DNA from: Nannocystis bainbridge
Lineage (GTDB): Bacteria; Myxococcota_A; Polyangia; Nannocystales; Nannocystaceae
Direction: 5' to 3'
Length of the DNA stretch: 64,000 nucleotides
NCBI RefSeq assembly: GCF_028368995.1
Contig: NZ_JAQNDL010000001.1
Coordinates: forward strand, 2,208,001-2,272,000
Shown: positions 8,243 through 18,123 of the stretch, piece after piece
Layout: the number at the start of each line of letters is the position of its first letter
Position numbering within the stretch: the first letter of the stretch is position 1
Made by a program: the position numbers and the translations under genes
The notes under the pieces: model-generated
Told to the model about the DNA's origin: nothing
Databases searched by the model: none
What the model saw: only the letters and a program-made list of their open reading frames with translations

Positions 8243-9214
8243 TCAGGCCGCGCGACGGACCAGGTGGACCACCGCGAAGCGGGCCGCGTCGTCGGTCCAC
8301 GCCTGGGTCAGCGTCAGACCTGCGCTGGAGGACATGTCCGAAAAGCCATCCAGCGTATACTTGTGCGACAGCTCGGTCAGGATCGACTCGCGGGCGCGGA
8401 AGCTGAAGCTGCGGCCGCCGACCCCGACGACCTGGTCGATCTTGCTGACCAGGTGCATCTCGATGCGGCTGGCGGCCTCGTTGAACACGGCGCGGTGGGC
8501 GAAGCGGCCCGGCTGGAACTCACCGCCGAGCTCGCTGTTGATGCGGTGGAGCAGGTTGAGGTTGAACGCCGCGGTCACCAGGTCGCGGTCGTTGTAGGCG
8601 GCCTCGAGCACCGACTTCGACTTGACCAGGTCGATGCCGACCAGCGCGCCCTCGCAGCCGGGCGCGCGGGCGATGTTTCGCAGCAGCGCGGTCGCCTCGC
8701 TCGGGTCGAAGTTGCCGATCGTCGAGCCCGGGAAGTACACCAGGCTGCGGCCGAGCGCCCCGACCGGCAGGGCGAACGGGCGCGTGAAGTCGGCGTGCAG
8801 CGGCAGCACCTTGAGCTTCGGGTACTCGGCCTGGATCGCCGCGCTGGCGGCCAGCAGCGGCTTCTCCGACACGTCGACCGGCACGTACGCGGTCGCGTCG
8901 AGGTGGTCGAGCAGCAGCCGGGTCTTGATGCTCTCGCCGCTGCCGTACTCGACGATGATCCGGCGCGGGCCGACGGCGGCCGCCATCTCCATCGCGTGGT
9001 CGCCGAGGATCTCGATCTCCGCGCGGGTCAGGTAGTACTCCGGGGTCTCGCAGATCGCCTCGAACAGGTGCGAGCCGCGGGCGTCGTAGAAATACTTGGA
9101 GGGCAGGCGCTTGACCGGGCGCGACAGCCCCTCGATCACGTCGGCGAGGAACCCGTCGGCTGGCGCCTGCGTCGCCTCGTCATCGCGCGGGCGTTGGTGG
9201 AGCGGTCGCATCAT
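8243..9214 (-). CDS. egtD: L-histidine N-alpha-methyltransferase
   Basis: KRLPSKYFYDARGSHLFEAICETPEYYLTRAE, EYGSG, FPGSTIGNF, AYND..VTAAFNLN, RIEMHL, TELSHKY. ATG overlaps the egtB stop. Confidence 0.93.
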   Translation of the reverse strand: MMRPLHQRPRDDEATQAPADGFLADVIEGLSRPVKRLPSKYFYDARGSHLFEAICETPEYYLTRAEIEILGDHAMEMAAAVGPRRIIVEYGSGESIKTRLLLDHLDATAYVPVDVSEKPLLAASAAIQAEYPKLKVLPLHADFTRPFALPVGALGRSLVYFPGSTIGNFDPSEATALLRNIARAPGCEGALVGIDLVKSKSVLEAAYNDRDLVTAAFNLNLLHRINSELGGEFQPGRFAHRAVFNEAASRIEMHLVSKIDQVVGVGGRSFSFRARESILTELSHKYTLDGFSDMSSSAGLTLTQAWTDDAARFAVVHLVRRAA

Positions 9215-10449
9215 GCATCCTTGGTGAGACGGATCCCCGTGAACGGCCACCGCGCCCGGGGCGGAAAGAAATTGCGGTAGCTGGCACGCAAATGATCCCG
9301 CGGGGAAGCGCACGAACCGCCGCGCAGCACCATCTGGTTCGACATGAACTTGCCGTTGTATTCGCCGAGCGCGCCCGCCGGCGGGTGATAGCCGGGGTAC
9401 GGCAAGTACGCGCTCGCGGTCCACTCCCACACGTCGCCGAACAGCTGCGCCGGCCGGGGCTCGGCCTGCGGCGGCGCGTCCGCGACGGTCGGGTGGAGGC
9501 GGCCCGAATCGACGAAGTTACCGGCCACCGGCGCGCCCTCGGCCGCCGCTTCCCACTCGAACTCGGTCGGCAGGCGGGCGCCGGCCCAGCGGGCGAACGC
9601 GTCGGCCTCGTAGTGCGACACGTGGACCACCGGCGCGTGCGGGTCGAGCGGGCGCGGCCCGCCGAGCGTCATCTGCCACCATGTCCCCTGGGACATGTAC
9701 CAGTAGAGCGGCGCCGTCCAGCCCTCGGCCTGCGCCTGGGCCCAGCCGTCGGCCAGCCACAGCGTGCTGCGGCGGTAGCCGCCGTCGGCCACGAACTCCG
9801 CGTACTCCGCGTTGGTCACGCAGCGCGACGCCAGCGCGTGCGGCCGCAGCAGCGTCTGGTGGCGCGGGCCCTCGTTGTCGAAATGAAAGCCCGCGCCGGC
9901 GTTGCCCACCTCGCGCAACCCGCTCGGCCCCGGGCACCAGCGCAGCGGCGCCGCCGGTCGCGACGACGGCGGCGCCGCCTCCGCCCGCAGCCCCGGCCGC
10001 AGCGGGTTCTGGGCGTACAGGTGCAGCAGGTCCATCAGGATCAGCTCCTGGTGCTGCTGCTCGTGCTCGAGCCCGAGGCGGACCCGCTCGACCAGCCACG
10101 CCGGCCCGCCGCGGGCCAGCAGCTCGAGCATCGCCGCGTCGACGTGGGTCCGGTACTGCAGCACCTCGGCCCCGGTCGGCCGCGTCAGCAGCCCGCGGCG
10201 CGGCCGGCTGAACTGCGGGCCCACCGACTCGTAATACGAGTTGAAGAGGACCTCGAACTGCGGGTGAAACGGGCGGTAGCCGGGGTCGGCCGGGCCGAGC
10301 ACGAACGTCTCGAAGAACCACGTCGTGTGCGCCAGGTGCCACTTGGCCGGGCTCGCGTCCGGCATGCTCTGGACCGCGAGGTCCTCCGCGGGCAGCCCCG
10401 CGACCAGCCCCTCCGTGGCCGCGCGCACCCGGGCGTAGGCCGCCTCCAC
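9211..10449 (-). CDS. egtB: Ergothioneine biosynthesis sulfoxide synthase
   Basis: QSMPDASPAKWHLAHTTWFFETF, HEQQHQEL iron-binding His, FGE-type C-terminus (GDVWEWT, YNGKFM, RGGS). Confidence 0.93.
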   Translation of the reverse strand: MEAAYARVRAATEGLVAGLPAEDLAVQSMPDASPAKWHLAHTTWFFETFVLGPADPGYRPFHPQFEVLFNSYYESVGPQFSRPRRGLLTRPTGAEVLQYRTHVDAAMLELLARGGPAWLVERVRLGLEHEQQHQELILMDLLHLYAQNPLRPGLRAEAAPPSSRPAAPLRWCPGPSGLREVGNAGAGFHFDNEGPRHQTLLRPHALASRCVTNAEYAEFVADGGYRRSTLWLADGWAQAQAEGWTAPLYWYMSQGTWWQMTLGGPRPLDPHAPVVHVSHYEADAFARWAGARLPTEFEWEAAAEGAPVAGNFVDSGRLHPTVADAPPQAEPRPAQLFGDVWEWTASAYLPYPGYHPPAGALGEYNGKFMSNQMVLRGGSCASPRDHLRASYRNFFPPRARWPFTGIRLTKDA

Positions 10450-11427
10450 TCAGAACCTCCCGCCGAGCGCGACCCCGAAGCCCTGGCCCGAAGGACCTGC
10501 CCCCAGGTGCAGCTGACCGCGGCGGGCCGTCTTGCCCACGCCGGTGTCCTGCCGCTCGAGCGTCTTCAGCTCGGCGCGCGACGACAGGGCGTCGACCGCC
10601 ATGAACGCCGAGCCGGCCAGCCCGAGCCCGCCCGCCAGGCTGGTGACGCCGACGAAGCGCAGCGGCTCCTTGTCGCCGTACTGACCGATCAGCCACAGCG
10701 CGCTGAACACCGCCGCCCCGGCGTAGAGGGCGTAGCCGAGCCCGCGGGCCCACAGCTTGCCGCGCACGCGCAGGTCCCGGCCGGTGCTGGCGCCGCCGAT
10801 GGCGACGATCGGCGTGCCGAGCAGCGTCGTCGTCAGGCCGAGGCTGGCGTACATGAAGTGCTTCATGCCGTAGTCGCTCGGGTCGGTCTTGCCGGCGCGA
10901 CCGGCGTCGTAGAGCACGCCCATCAGCATGCCGACCGCCGAGAAGCCGACGCCGACGCCGGCGCCGACGCGGGCCCACTCCGACGGCGTCGACTCGCGGC
11001 CCTCGACGCACTCCCACGAGTTCTCGTGCACCGCCGTCACCGCCCCCAGCGGAGCCTGCTGCGCGCCGTTCTTCGGGTGCACGTAGTAGACCGCCGACTT
11101 GTCGGCGCGGGTCAGCGTCACGCACTCGCGCCCCGCGGTGCCGAGGATCACCAGCACCCGCCGCCCGGCCAGCCGCTGCCACTGCGCGTCGCTCACCGGC
11201 GCGGGGTAATAGCGCGGCATGTTGTCCGCGGCGGCCGGCGCCTCCGCGGCGGTCGCGTCACCGGCGACCGCGTGGTGGATCAGCGTGACATGACCTTCGG
11301 GCAAGGTCCGATCGGACATGTCCGAAGCGCCATCCACGATCACCGCCTCGGGCCCCTCGTAGCTGCGCAGGCCGGCGGGCGGGGTGAGGGCGAGCGACAC
11401 GACGGCGAGCGCGGCGAGCATGGCCAC
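10450..11427 (-). CDS. Hypothetical exported/membrane protein
   Basis: N-terminal signal peptide, several Gly-rich hydrophobic segments, C-terminal GVALGGRF. Tightly coupled between murF and egtB. Confidence 0.7.
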   Translation of the reverse strand: MAMLAALAVVSLALTPPAGLRSYEGPEAVIVDGASDMSDRTLPEGHVTLIHHAVAGDATAAEAPAAADNMPRYYPAPVSDAQWQRLAGRRVLVILGTAGRECVTLTRADKSAVYYVHPKNGAQQAPLGAVTAVHENSWECVEGRESTPSEWARVGAGVGVGFSAVGMLMGVLYDAGRAGKTDPSDYGMKHFMYASLGLTTTLLGTPIVAIGGASTGRDLRVRGKLWARGLGYALYAGAAVFSALWLIGQYGDKEPLRFVGVTSLAGGLGLAGSAFMAVDALSSRAELKTLERQDTGVGKTARRGQLHLGAGPSGQGFGVALGGRF

Positions 11428-11430
11428 AGT

Positions 11431-12834
11431 CTACACGGCCTTGGGCGGCGCCTGCAGCAGGGCCTCGACGACCCGCTCGAGCCGCATGCCGCGGCTGCCC
11501 TTGACCAGGAGGGCGCCCGGTCGCTCGGCGAAGGTGGCGCGGACGGCCGCGACGAGGTCGGAGACGCCGAGCCCGGCGTGCCATGACGCGATCCCGCCGG
11601 CCTTGGCCGCGTCGGCGGCCGCCTGCGACAGCGTGCCGAAGGTGAACAGCGCGTCGAGCCCCAGCGCCGCCGCCAGCCGGCCGACCTCCGCGTGCAGCTC
11701 CGGCCCGCGCTCGCCCAGCTCGAGCATGTCGCCGATGACCGCGGCCAGCGGACCCGGCCGTGACGGGCGCAGCGCGGCCAGGCTCTGCAGCGCCGCCGTG
11801 ACCGACCCGGGGTTGGCGTTGTAGTTGTCGGCGATCAGCAGGTGATGCTCGTCGAAGCGCAGCACCCGGCCGCGGTCGCCGACCGGCAGCACCCCTTCGA
11901 GCGCCTCGATCATCGGCCCGACCGGGCAGTTCAGGTGCAGCCCGACGGCCAGGGCCGCCGCCGCGTTGCGGGCGTTGTGGGCCCCGAACACCCGCAGGCT
12001 GAGGCGGATCTCCTCGACCTCGCCGCCGGGCAGGTGCAGCCGCAAGGTCGCGTGGGTGCGCTCGTCGAGCTCGACCCCGACGATCCGCACCGACGCCTCC
12101 GGACCTTCCCCGAAGGGCAGGATCGAAAGGCCAGGTGGGAAGTGCGGCGGCAGCAGCCGCTCGTCGTCGGGCACCACCGCGACCCCGCCGGGTCGGACGT
12201 GGCGCAGCGGCTCGGCCTCGGCGGCGGCGATCGCCTCGAGGCTGCCCATGAACTCGAGGTGCTCGAGCGCGACGCTGGTGATCACGGCGACGTCGGGGCG
12301 CACCAGCGCGGCCAGCCGCTCGTTCTCGCCGGGCGCGCTCATCCCCAGCTCGAGCACGATCGCCTCCGGGTGGTCCGGCCCGTTGAGCAGCGACAGCGGC
12401 ACCCCGAGGTGATTGTTGAGGTTGCCGCGGGTCGCCAGCACGCGCCCGTGGCGGCTGCGCAGCACCGCCTCGATCAGCGCGCGCGTGGTCGTCTTGCCGT
12501 TGCTGCCGGAGATCGCCACCACCGGCCCGCTGCAGGCCTCGCGGACCGCCCCGCCGAGCGCTGTCAGGGCCGCGAACGTGTCCTCGACCTCGACCACCGT
12601 GACCGTCGGATCGTCCGGCAGCGGACGCCCCGGCGCCTGCAGGATCGCCGCGGCGCCGGCCCGGATCGCGTCGGGGATGAACGCGTGGCCGTCGCGGGCG
12701 GCCACGATCGGCACGAACAGGCCGCCCGGCACGGGGTCGCGGCTGTCGACGAAGGCGCCGCGGATCTCCCGCGAACCGGCGCGGAGCAGCCGTCCGCCGG
12801 AGGTCGCGGCCAGGGTCTCGGGGGTGAAGTGCAC
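11431..12834 (-). CDS. murF: UDP-N-acetylmuramoyl-tripeptide--D-Ala-D-Ala ligase
   Basis: DSR, RDGHAF, ISGSNGKTTT, GNLNNHLGVPLSL, ELGMS, DNYNANP, GDMLELG, VKGSRGMRLE. Start approximate (GTG at 12834). Confidence 0.95.
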   Translation of the reverse strand: MHFTPETLAATSGGRLLRAGSREIRGAFVDSRDPVPGGLFVPIVAARDGHAFIPDAIRAGAAAILQAPGRPLPDDPTVTVVEVEDTFAALTALGGAVREACSGPVVAISGSNGKTTTRALIEAVLRSRHGRVLATRGNLNNHLGVPLSLLNGPDHPEAIVLELGMSAPGENERLAALVRPDVAVITSVALEHLEFMGSLEAIAAAEAEPLRHVRPGGVAVVPDDERLLPPHFPPGLSILPFGEGPEASVRIVGVELDERTHATLRLHLPGGEVEEIRLSLRVFGAHNARNAAAALAVGLHLNCPVGPMIEALEGVLPVGDRGRVLRFDEHHLLIADNYNANPGSVTAALQSLAALRPSRPGPLAAVIGDMLELGERGPELHAEVGRLAAALGLDALFTFGTLSQAAADAAKAGGIASWHAGLGVSDLVAAVRATFAERPGALLVKGSRGMRLERVVEALLQAPPKAV

Positions 12835-13202
12835 GAGGAGACCGTTAGCACCCCGACGCGGCCGCGCGCCACTCTTCGGCAGGGCCCGCCGCGGCGGCTG
12901 CGCAGCGGGTCGGCGGTGCAGCGCGGACACGGGGTGCCCGGGGGCCCGGGGACCGCGACGGGGCGAGCGTCCCCCGGTCGTTCGGCGCGGTCGCGGCGGG
13001 CGCCGACCGGCGTTTGTCCCATCACATGTCTTACGGGACATGTCCGATCGGACCTGTGATTGCGCGGCCCGGCGTTCGGCGGCCCCGCGCGCGGGCCCGG
13101 CTCGCGTTCGCCCGCGCCGATGCTCGCGCGTCGGCGCGCGCCTGCGTCGCAGCCGTCACGCGGGCGTGGCCGCGTCGACGCCGGGTCATGCTAGCCTCGT
13201 GG

Positions 13203-13727
13203 ATGGGGAGCCTCATGCACACGCTGGTCCTCGATCCCGGCTTCTTGCCGGTCAAGGTCATCTCCTGGCGGCGTGCCCTGTGCCTGAGCTTCCTCGCCAA
13301 GGTCGAGGTCCTCGCCAGCTACGAGCGCGAGGTCCGGACCGTCGACCGCGGCTTCCCCACCCCCTCGGTCGTCCGCCTGCTGCACGCCGCGCGTCCGGGC
13401 CCGCAGGTGGTCCGGTTCTCGCGCCGCAACGTGTACCTGCGCGACAACCATCGCTGTCAGTACTGCGGCGTGCAGTACAGCGACCACGAGCTGACCCTCG
13501 ACCACGTGGTCCCGCGCGTCGACGGCGGCAAGACCACCTGGACCAATGTCGTCGCCGCCTGCGCCGCCTGCAACCGGCGCAAGGGCGGCCGCACCCCCGA
13601 GCAGGCCGGCCTGCCGCTGCGCACCCGCCCGGCCCGGCCGAAGTGGACGCCGATGACCCTCGCCCAGCGGCTGCCGCTGCACGACGTGCCCGAGGCCTGG
13701 CGCGCCTGGCTCGGCGTCAAATATTAA
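13203..13727 (+). CDS. HNH endonuclease (McrA-like, zinc-binding)
   Basis: TLVLD, FSRRNVYLRDNHRCQYCG, LTLDHVVPRVDGG..TWTNVVAACAACNRRKG. Confidence 0.9.
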   Translation: MGSLMHTLVLDPGFLPVKVISWRRALCLSFLAKVEVLASYEREVRTVDRGFPTPSVVRLLHAARPGPQVVRFSRRNVYLRDNHRCQYCGVQYSDHELTLDHVVPRVDGGKTTWTNVVAACAACNRRKGGRTPEQAGLPLRTRPARPKWTPMTLAQRLPLHDVPEAWRAWLGVKY

Positions 13728-13728
13728 A

Positions 13729-13947
13729 GGTGTCCCGAGGGACAGGTCGCACCGGCCGGGCCCGGCGAACGCGGCGGCCGTCTCGGCGCAGGCCCGCCGC
13801 GCCTGCGCGCGGACCATTCACCGCATCCTGTCCCGAAGGCCAGGTCGCCGGCCGGGCCCGGCGAACGCGGTGCCCTCTCGGCGCAGGCCCGCCGCGCCCG
13901 CGTGCGCCGGGGCCATCCTCCACATCCTGTCCCGAAGGCCAGGTCGC
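13729..13947. repeat. About 98-bp tandem repeat (2 full copies plus 1 partial), each headed by the 14-bp palindrome
   Basis: tgtcccga(g/a)gg(ga/cc)caggtcgc..ccggccgggcccggcgaacgcgg..ctcggcgcaggcccgccgcgcc at about 13729 and 13827; partial copy at 13926. Confidence 0.8.
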
Positions 13948-13954
13948 TCTTGTC

Positions 13955-15124
13955 TCACCCGGGGATCGTCGTCATGCACTCGGTGAGCGGCCCGGCGAGG
14001 CCGCTCCAGCCGTTGTAGCCGTTGTCCAGGCCGAGCACGGGCCCGACGATGAGCGGCTGCGAATCGGTGAAGTCGTCGAGGTCGACCTGCATCAGCTCGG
14101 CGCCGGTCTGGACGTCGCCCGAGCTGAGGATGTAGAGGCGCGGCTGCTGGTCGTCGAACAGCGGCCCTCCGAGCGCGTGGATCCCCCACGTCCCGTCGGT
14201 CTGGGCCAGCTGCGTCCCCGTGCCGGTCGTGTAGTCGATCTGCCACAGGTTGCTCGAGTCCATGGCGAACCCGAGGCTGTCGCTGACCTCGCCCTCGACG
14301 ATGCCCGGCGACATGTCGTCGATGTCGGCCACCGACGCGTTGCCGAGGTCGGTGATCACCTCGAACGTCAGGTCGCCGTCGAGGTACGCGCCGGTGAAGC
14401 GGAGCAGGCGGTTGCCCTCGGTGTTGCCCACGTCCTCGCCGGTGTCCATGAGGTAGACCCGGCCGTCGCAGTCGGTGTAGAGCGCCTCGATGCGGATCGG
14501 CTGGGCCTGGCCGTCGTTCGGCACCGTGCCCAGCAGCGTCGCCTGGGCCGGCGTATCCTCGGTGGTCGGCGGCGCGGCGATGTGGAAGATCTGGGTCCCC
14601 TCGGCCGACTCGCGCGAGCCGATCAGTGAGCCGTCCTCGAGCATCGTCAGCCCGTTCTGGCCGTGGATCAGCGGCGCGTCGGCGACCAGCTCGTTGTGCA
14701 CGAGCGCGACGACCGAGCCGTCGGACGGATCGATCTCGATGTACATCAGGTGATTTTCGACCGAGTACCACAGGTTCGGCGAGTCCCACAGCGGGTTGCC
14801 GCCGGTCGTCTCGGTGGTCGTCGCGTCGGTCGTCGTCGTCGTCGCGTCGGTCGTCGAGGTCGTCGTCGACGTCGTCGTCGCGTCGGTCGTCGGCAGCGCC
14901 TCGGTGGTCGCGTCGGTCGTGGTCGTGCTCGGATCGCTGGTGCCGAGCGTGGTGTCGGTCGCGCTCGTCGTCTCGCTGCCGCCGGTCGTCGGGTCGGTGT
15001 CGACGGTCGTCAGCGTCGTCGCCGTCGAGGCGTCCGAGTCGACCGCGGTGTCGGTCGAGCCCGGTTCGCTCGGGGTGCAGGCGACGAGGAGAGACAGGAG
15101 CGCGGCGCGGGCGGCATAATTCAT
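13955..15124 (-). CDS. Lipoprotein with Thr-rich linker and probable beta-propeller domain
   Basis: MNYAARAALLSLLVAC lipobox, long Thr/Asp stalk, repeated beta-strand blades. Confidence 0.8.
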   Translation of the reverse strand: MNYAARAALLSLLVACTPSEPGSTDTAVDSDASTATTLTTVDTDPTTGGSETTSATDTTLGTSDPSTTTTDATTEALPTTDATTTSTTTSTTDATTTTTDATTTETTGGNPLWDSPNLWYSVENHLMYIEIDPSDGSVVALVHNELVADAPLIHGQNGLTMLEDGSLIGSRESAEGTQIFHIAAPPTTEDTPAQATLLGTVPNDGQAQPIRIEALYTDCDGRVYLMDTGEDVGNTEGNRLLRFTGAYLDGDLTFEVITDLGNASVADIDDMSPGIVEGEVSDSLGFAMDSSNLWQIDYTTGTGTQLAQTDGTWGIHALGGPLFDDQQPRLYILSSGDVQTGAELMQVDLDDFTDSQPLIVGPVLGLDNGYNGWSGLAGPLTECMTTIPG

Positions 15125-15437
15125 GGGCAAGACGATCACCTCGTTCGAGACGGCGGTCGCCCAGTGTCGCGGCCTCGGCCCGGCTTGTCCAGGCAGGCGC
15201 GTGTCGGCCACGCGCGCAGGTATTCGCACCGCGCTCCGGCGCTCGCCGATGCGCGCGATGAACCCGCCGGGGCTCGCAATTGCGACCCGTCACCCGTCGC
15301 GTCGCAAGACGCGAAGCCCGCGCCGCGGCGCGCCGCCGATCGCTCGTCGCTCGCGGCGCGCGAGCTCGTCGTCGCGACGCGAAGGCGCGGCTCATACGTG
15401 ATCGCGTCGAGCGACCGAGCTCGTCGGTGCATCTGTG

Positions 15438-15483
15438 CATGGTCGAAACGACATGTCCAAAAGCACATGTACAAAAAATCATG
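15438..15483. repeat. Phased 14-bp array (4 CATG cores)
   Basis: CATG at 15438, 15452, 15466, 15480. Confidence 0.8.
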
Positions 15484-15676
15484 CCGATCGCGTCCCTCAG
15501 CCGCTCGCCGACGGCCAGCTCCTGGACGACGGACGTCGCACCGGGGGGCATCCGACCGCTCCTTCGATCACGAACGCCGCGACCCTCTCGCCAGAGCGCC
15601 GCGCTCGTGCGAATCGATCGCGCGGACTCGCACGAAACGCGCCCCAGGCCGGCTTGCGACGTGCGCTGGCTCAACT

Positions 15677-15705
15677 TTGACAGTGAAAATCAATTTCACT
15701 ATTAA
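15677..15705 (+). promoter_or_regulatory. Sigma70-type promoter with a Fur-box-like palindrome in the spacer
   Basis: TTGACA (15677-15682), 17-nt spacer GTGAAAATCAATTTCAC (7-1-7 Fur-like), TATTAA (15700-15705). ATG follows at 15715, so possibly leaderless. Confidence 0.7.
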
Positions 15706-15714
15706 CTCCGCCCC

Positions 15715-16560
15715 ATGACGAACAAGCAAACGGTCGCCCTCGGCGACGTCAGCGAGACGCTCATGATCCCGCTGTGGTGCCGCGCGATCGAGACTGGCCG
15801 GCGCCGGCCGATCCTCCGCGACCCGCGGGCCCAGGAGATCGTCGCGCAGCTGGACTACGACTTCGAGCGGCGGTTCGCCTCGCAGCGCGACCTGGCCTTT
15901 CGCGCATGTCTGCGCACCGTCATGATCGATCGCTGGGTGCAGGAGTTCTTGCGCATGCACCCGGGCGGCACCGTGGTCGAGATCGGCACCGGGCTCAACA
16001 CTCGCTTCGAGCGGGTCGACAACGGCGCCATGCGGTGGTTCGACGTCGACCTGCCCGACTCGCTGGCGCTGCGGCGGCGGTTCTTCAGCGACACCGCGCG
16101 GCGGCGCATGCTGCCCGGCGCGTTCGGCGACGACGACTGGCTGGCCCAGCTCGGCTCCGCCGGCGACGGCCCGTTCCTGTTCATCGCCGAGGCGGTCCTC
16201 GTCTACCTGACCGAAGAGACAGTCCGTCGCGGCCTCAACGCGATCGCCTCCGCCTACCCCGGCAGCCAGTTCGTGCTCGACACCGTGACCCGGCGCGCGA
16301 TCGCCAGCCAGTCGCGGCCGATGATGCAGACCTACAACGCGCCGTTCGTGTGGGGCTGCGACGATCCGCGCACGATCGAGGCCTGGGGTCGCCACCGCTG
16401 CCTCGACTCGATCACCATGCTCGACCTGCCGCCCGAGCTGCGCCGCCGCGTCCCGCTCAAGCACCGCCTCGCCTTCTCGTACCTGCGCGCGCGCAAGCCC
16501 GAGGTGCTGCGCTCGCACGCGCTGCACCGCTTCGAGCTGCGCCCGCCCGCGTCCGCGTGA
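15715..16560 (+). CDS. SAM-dependent O-/carboxyl methyltransferase (LCM/TcmP-like family)
   Basis: VSETLMIPLWCRAIE, ILRDPRA, VVEIGTGLNTRFER, WFDVDLP, FIAEAVLVYL. Confidence 0.88.
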   Translation: MTNKQTVALGDVSETLMIPLWCRAIETGRRRPILRDPRAQEIVAQLDYDFERRFASQRDLAFRACLRTVMIDRWVQEFLRMHPGGTVVEIGTGLNTRFERVDNGAMRWFDVDLPDSLALRRRFFSDTARRRMLPGAFGDDDWLAQLGSAGDGPFLFIAEAVLVYLTEETVRRGLNAIASAYPGSQFVLDTVTRRAIASQSRPMMQTYNAPFVWGCDDPRTIEAWGRHRCLDSITMLDLPPELRRRVPLKHRLAFSYLRARKPEVLRSHALHRFELRPPASA

Positions 16561-16799
16561 GCGCGCTCGCGTGACCTCGCCGGCGCAGCGAGCCGCGCCA
16601 AGATCTGCGCGCGGCGCCTGCGAATCATCCGGACGCTGCGAAGGCGCCGCGACGTCGCGCGTGCGGCGTCGCGAAGTGCACCTCGTCTCATCGACGCGGC
16701 GCGTGCGTCGCCGTGGCTCGCGCTCTGCCGCATGCGCGCTCTGCTGGCGAGCTCACGCGGCGGCTCGTGCGTCCCTCTCGCGCCATTCCCCTGGCGCGC

Positions 16800-16985
16800 G
16801 AGCATCCCCGCGGCTCGCGTTCGGCCTCACGCGCAGCGGCTGCGCGTCCCGTTCACGCCTTCTCCTGACGCCCGAGCATCCCCGCGGCTCGCGTTCGGCC
16901 TCACGCGCGGCAACTCGTGCGTCCGGCTCACGCCATCCTCCTGCCGCGCGAGCATCCCCGCAGCTCGCGTTCGGCCTCACCCGCG
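16800..16985. repeat. REP-like repeat, 3 copies with about 75-bp period
   Basis: gagcatccccgc(g/a)gctcgcgttcggcctcac at about 16800, 16874 and 16950. Confidence 0.8.
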
Positions 16986-17242
16986 GCGGCTCGCTGTCCC
17001 GCTCACGCCATGCACGTGGCGCTCGTCGCTCGCAGCTTCTGGACCCCACGCGCGTGGCCGTGACACCCGTGACATCTCACCGACGTCGTCGTCTCGGGTT
17101 GCGAGCAGCCTCGCGAATGCGCCTCCGACGTCGAGGCCGTCGGCGCGAACGAGTTCACGGCCGTGTCACGATTCTGAATGTCAAAATCCACATGAAGTGG
17201 CGCAAATAGCCTGAGAATTCTCTCCCCGAGCCCGGCACGTTT

Positions 17243-17261
17243 AATTTTGAAAATCATTATC
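17243..17261. promoter_or_regulatory. Fur box
   Basis: AATTTTGAAAATCATTATC matches GATAATGATAATCATTATC at 15 of 19 positions, in an AT-rich patch just upstream of the siderophore operon. Confidence 0.8.
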
Positions 17262-17283
17262 GCTTAACAATACCTTCCGCCGT

Positions 17284-18120
17284 ATGCGAACCAGCTTGCG
17301 ACGACCCCTCGTTGTCCTGTTCTCGGCGGCGTGCGTGCTCGCGTGTGGCACCACCGGGTCGGCGACGGACGCGACCTCCGACGGAGGCGTGACCACCACG
17401 ACCGGCGCGAGCACGGCCGCGAGCACCGACGCGAGCACCGGGACCACGACCGCCGAGCCGACCACCGGCGGCACCACCGATCCCGCCGAGGCCCAGTGTC
17501 AGGCCGACCTGCAGGACTGCCCCGACGAGTTCAAGTGCGTGCTGCGGCGCGGCGCCGCCGACTGGGAGTTCGTGTGCTTGCCGGTCCAGGGCGACAACGC
17601 GGCCGGCGACGCCTGTCATCACGACGGCGTGGTCGCCGGCACCGACGACTGCGACGAGACCTCGTGGTGCATCGGCGCCTTCGACACCACCGGCGCGCCG
17701 TGGGAGGGCCTGTGTTACCCGCTGTGCGTCGGCGACGTGTGCGGCAACGACCAGCGCTGCGTCGGCATCGGCGCGCTCCCGGTGTGCGCGCCGATCTGCG
17801 ACCCGCTGCTGGCCGTCGGCTGCACCGCCGACGAGGCCTGCATCTTCCGCGAGCCCGAGGGCTTCGTATGCTTCCCGCAGGGCACCGACGGCCACGCGAT
17901 CGGCGAGGACTGCGAGACCGCGATCAGCTGCGCGCCGGGCCTGCACTGCTCGCAGCGGGTCGCCGGCTGCCCGCCCGAGGCGTTCTGCTGCACCGACTAC
18001 TGCGACACCGGCAGCGCCGACAACACCTGCACCGCCCAGGGCATGGGCGCCACCTGCGAGACGATCGGCGCCACCGCGCCCGAGCAGGCCCACGTCGGCG
18101 CGTGCGTGATCCCGGAGTGA
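17284..18120 (+). CDS. Cys-rich lipoprotein with Thr-rich linker (first gene of the siderophore operon)
   Basis: Lipobox VLAC, Thr stalk, more than 20 Cys in repeated modules. Stop is 3 nt before the iucA-like start. Confidence 0.8.
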   Translation: MRTSLRRPLVVLFSAACVLACGTTGSATDATSDGGVTTTTGASTAASTDASTGTTTAEPTTGGTTDPAEAQCQADLQDCPDEFKCVLRRGAADWEFVCLPVQGDNAAGDACHHDGVVAGTDDCDETSWCIGAFDTTGAPWEGLCYPLCVGDVCGNDQRCVGIGALPVCAPICDPLLAVGCTADEACIFREPEGFVCFPQGTDGHAIGEDCETAISCAPGLHCSQRVAGCPPEAFCCTDYCDTGSADNTCTAQGMGATCETIGATAPEQAHVGACVIPE

Positions 18121-18123
18121 GCC

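Noticed and set aside
9211-10449. Selenoneine (senA) or ovothiol (ovoA) assignment
   Set aside because: No senB/senC neighbours and no fused methyltransferase domain; the adjacent egtD supports egtB.
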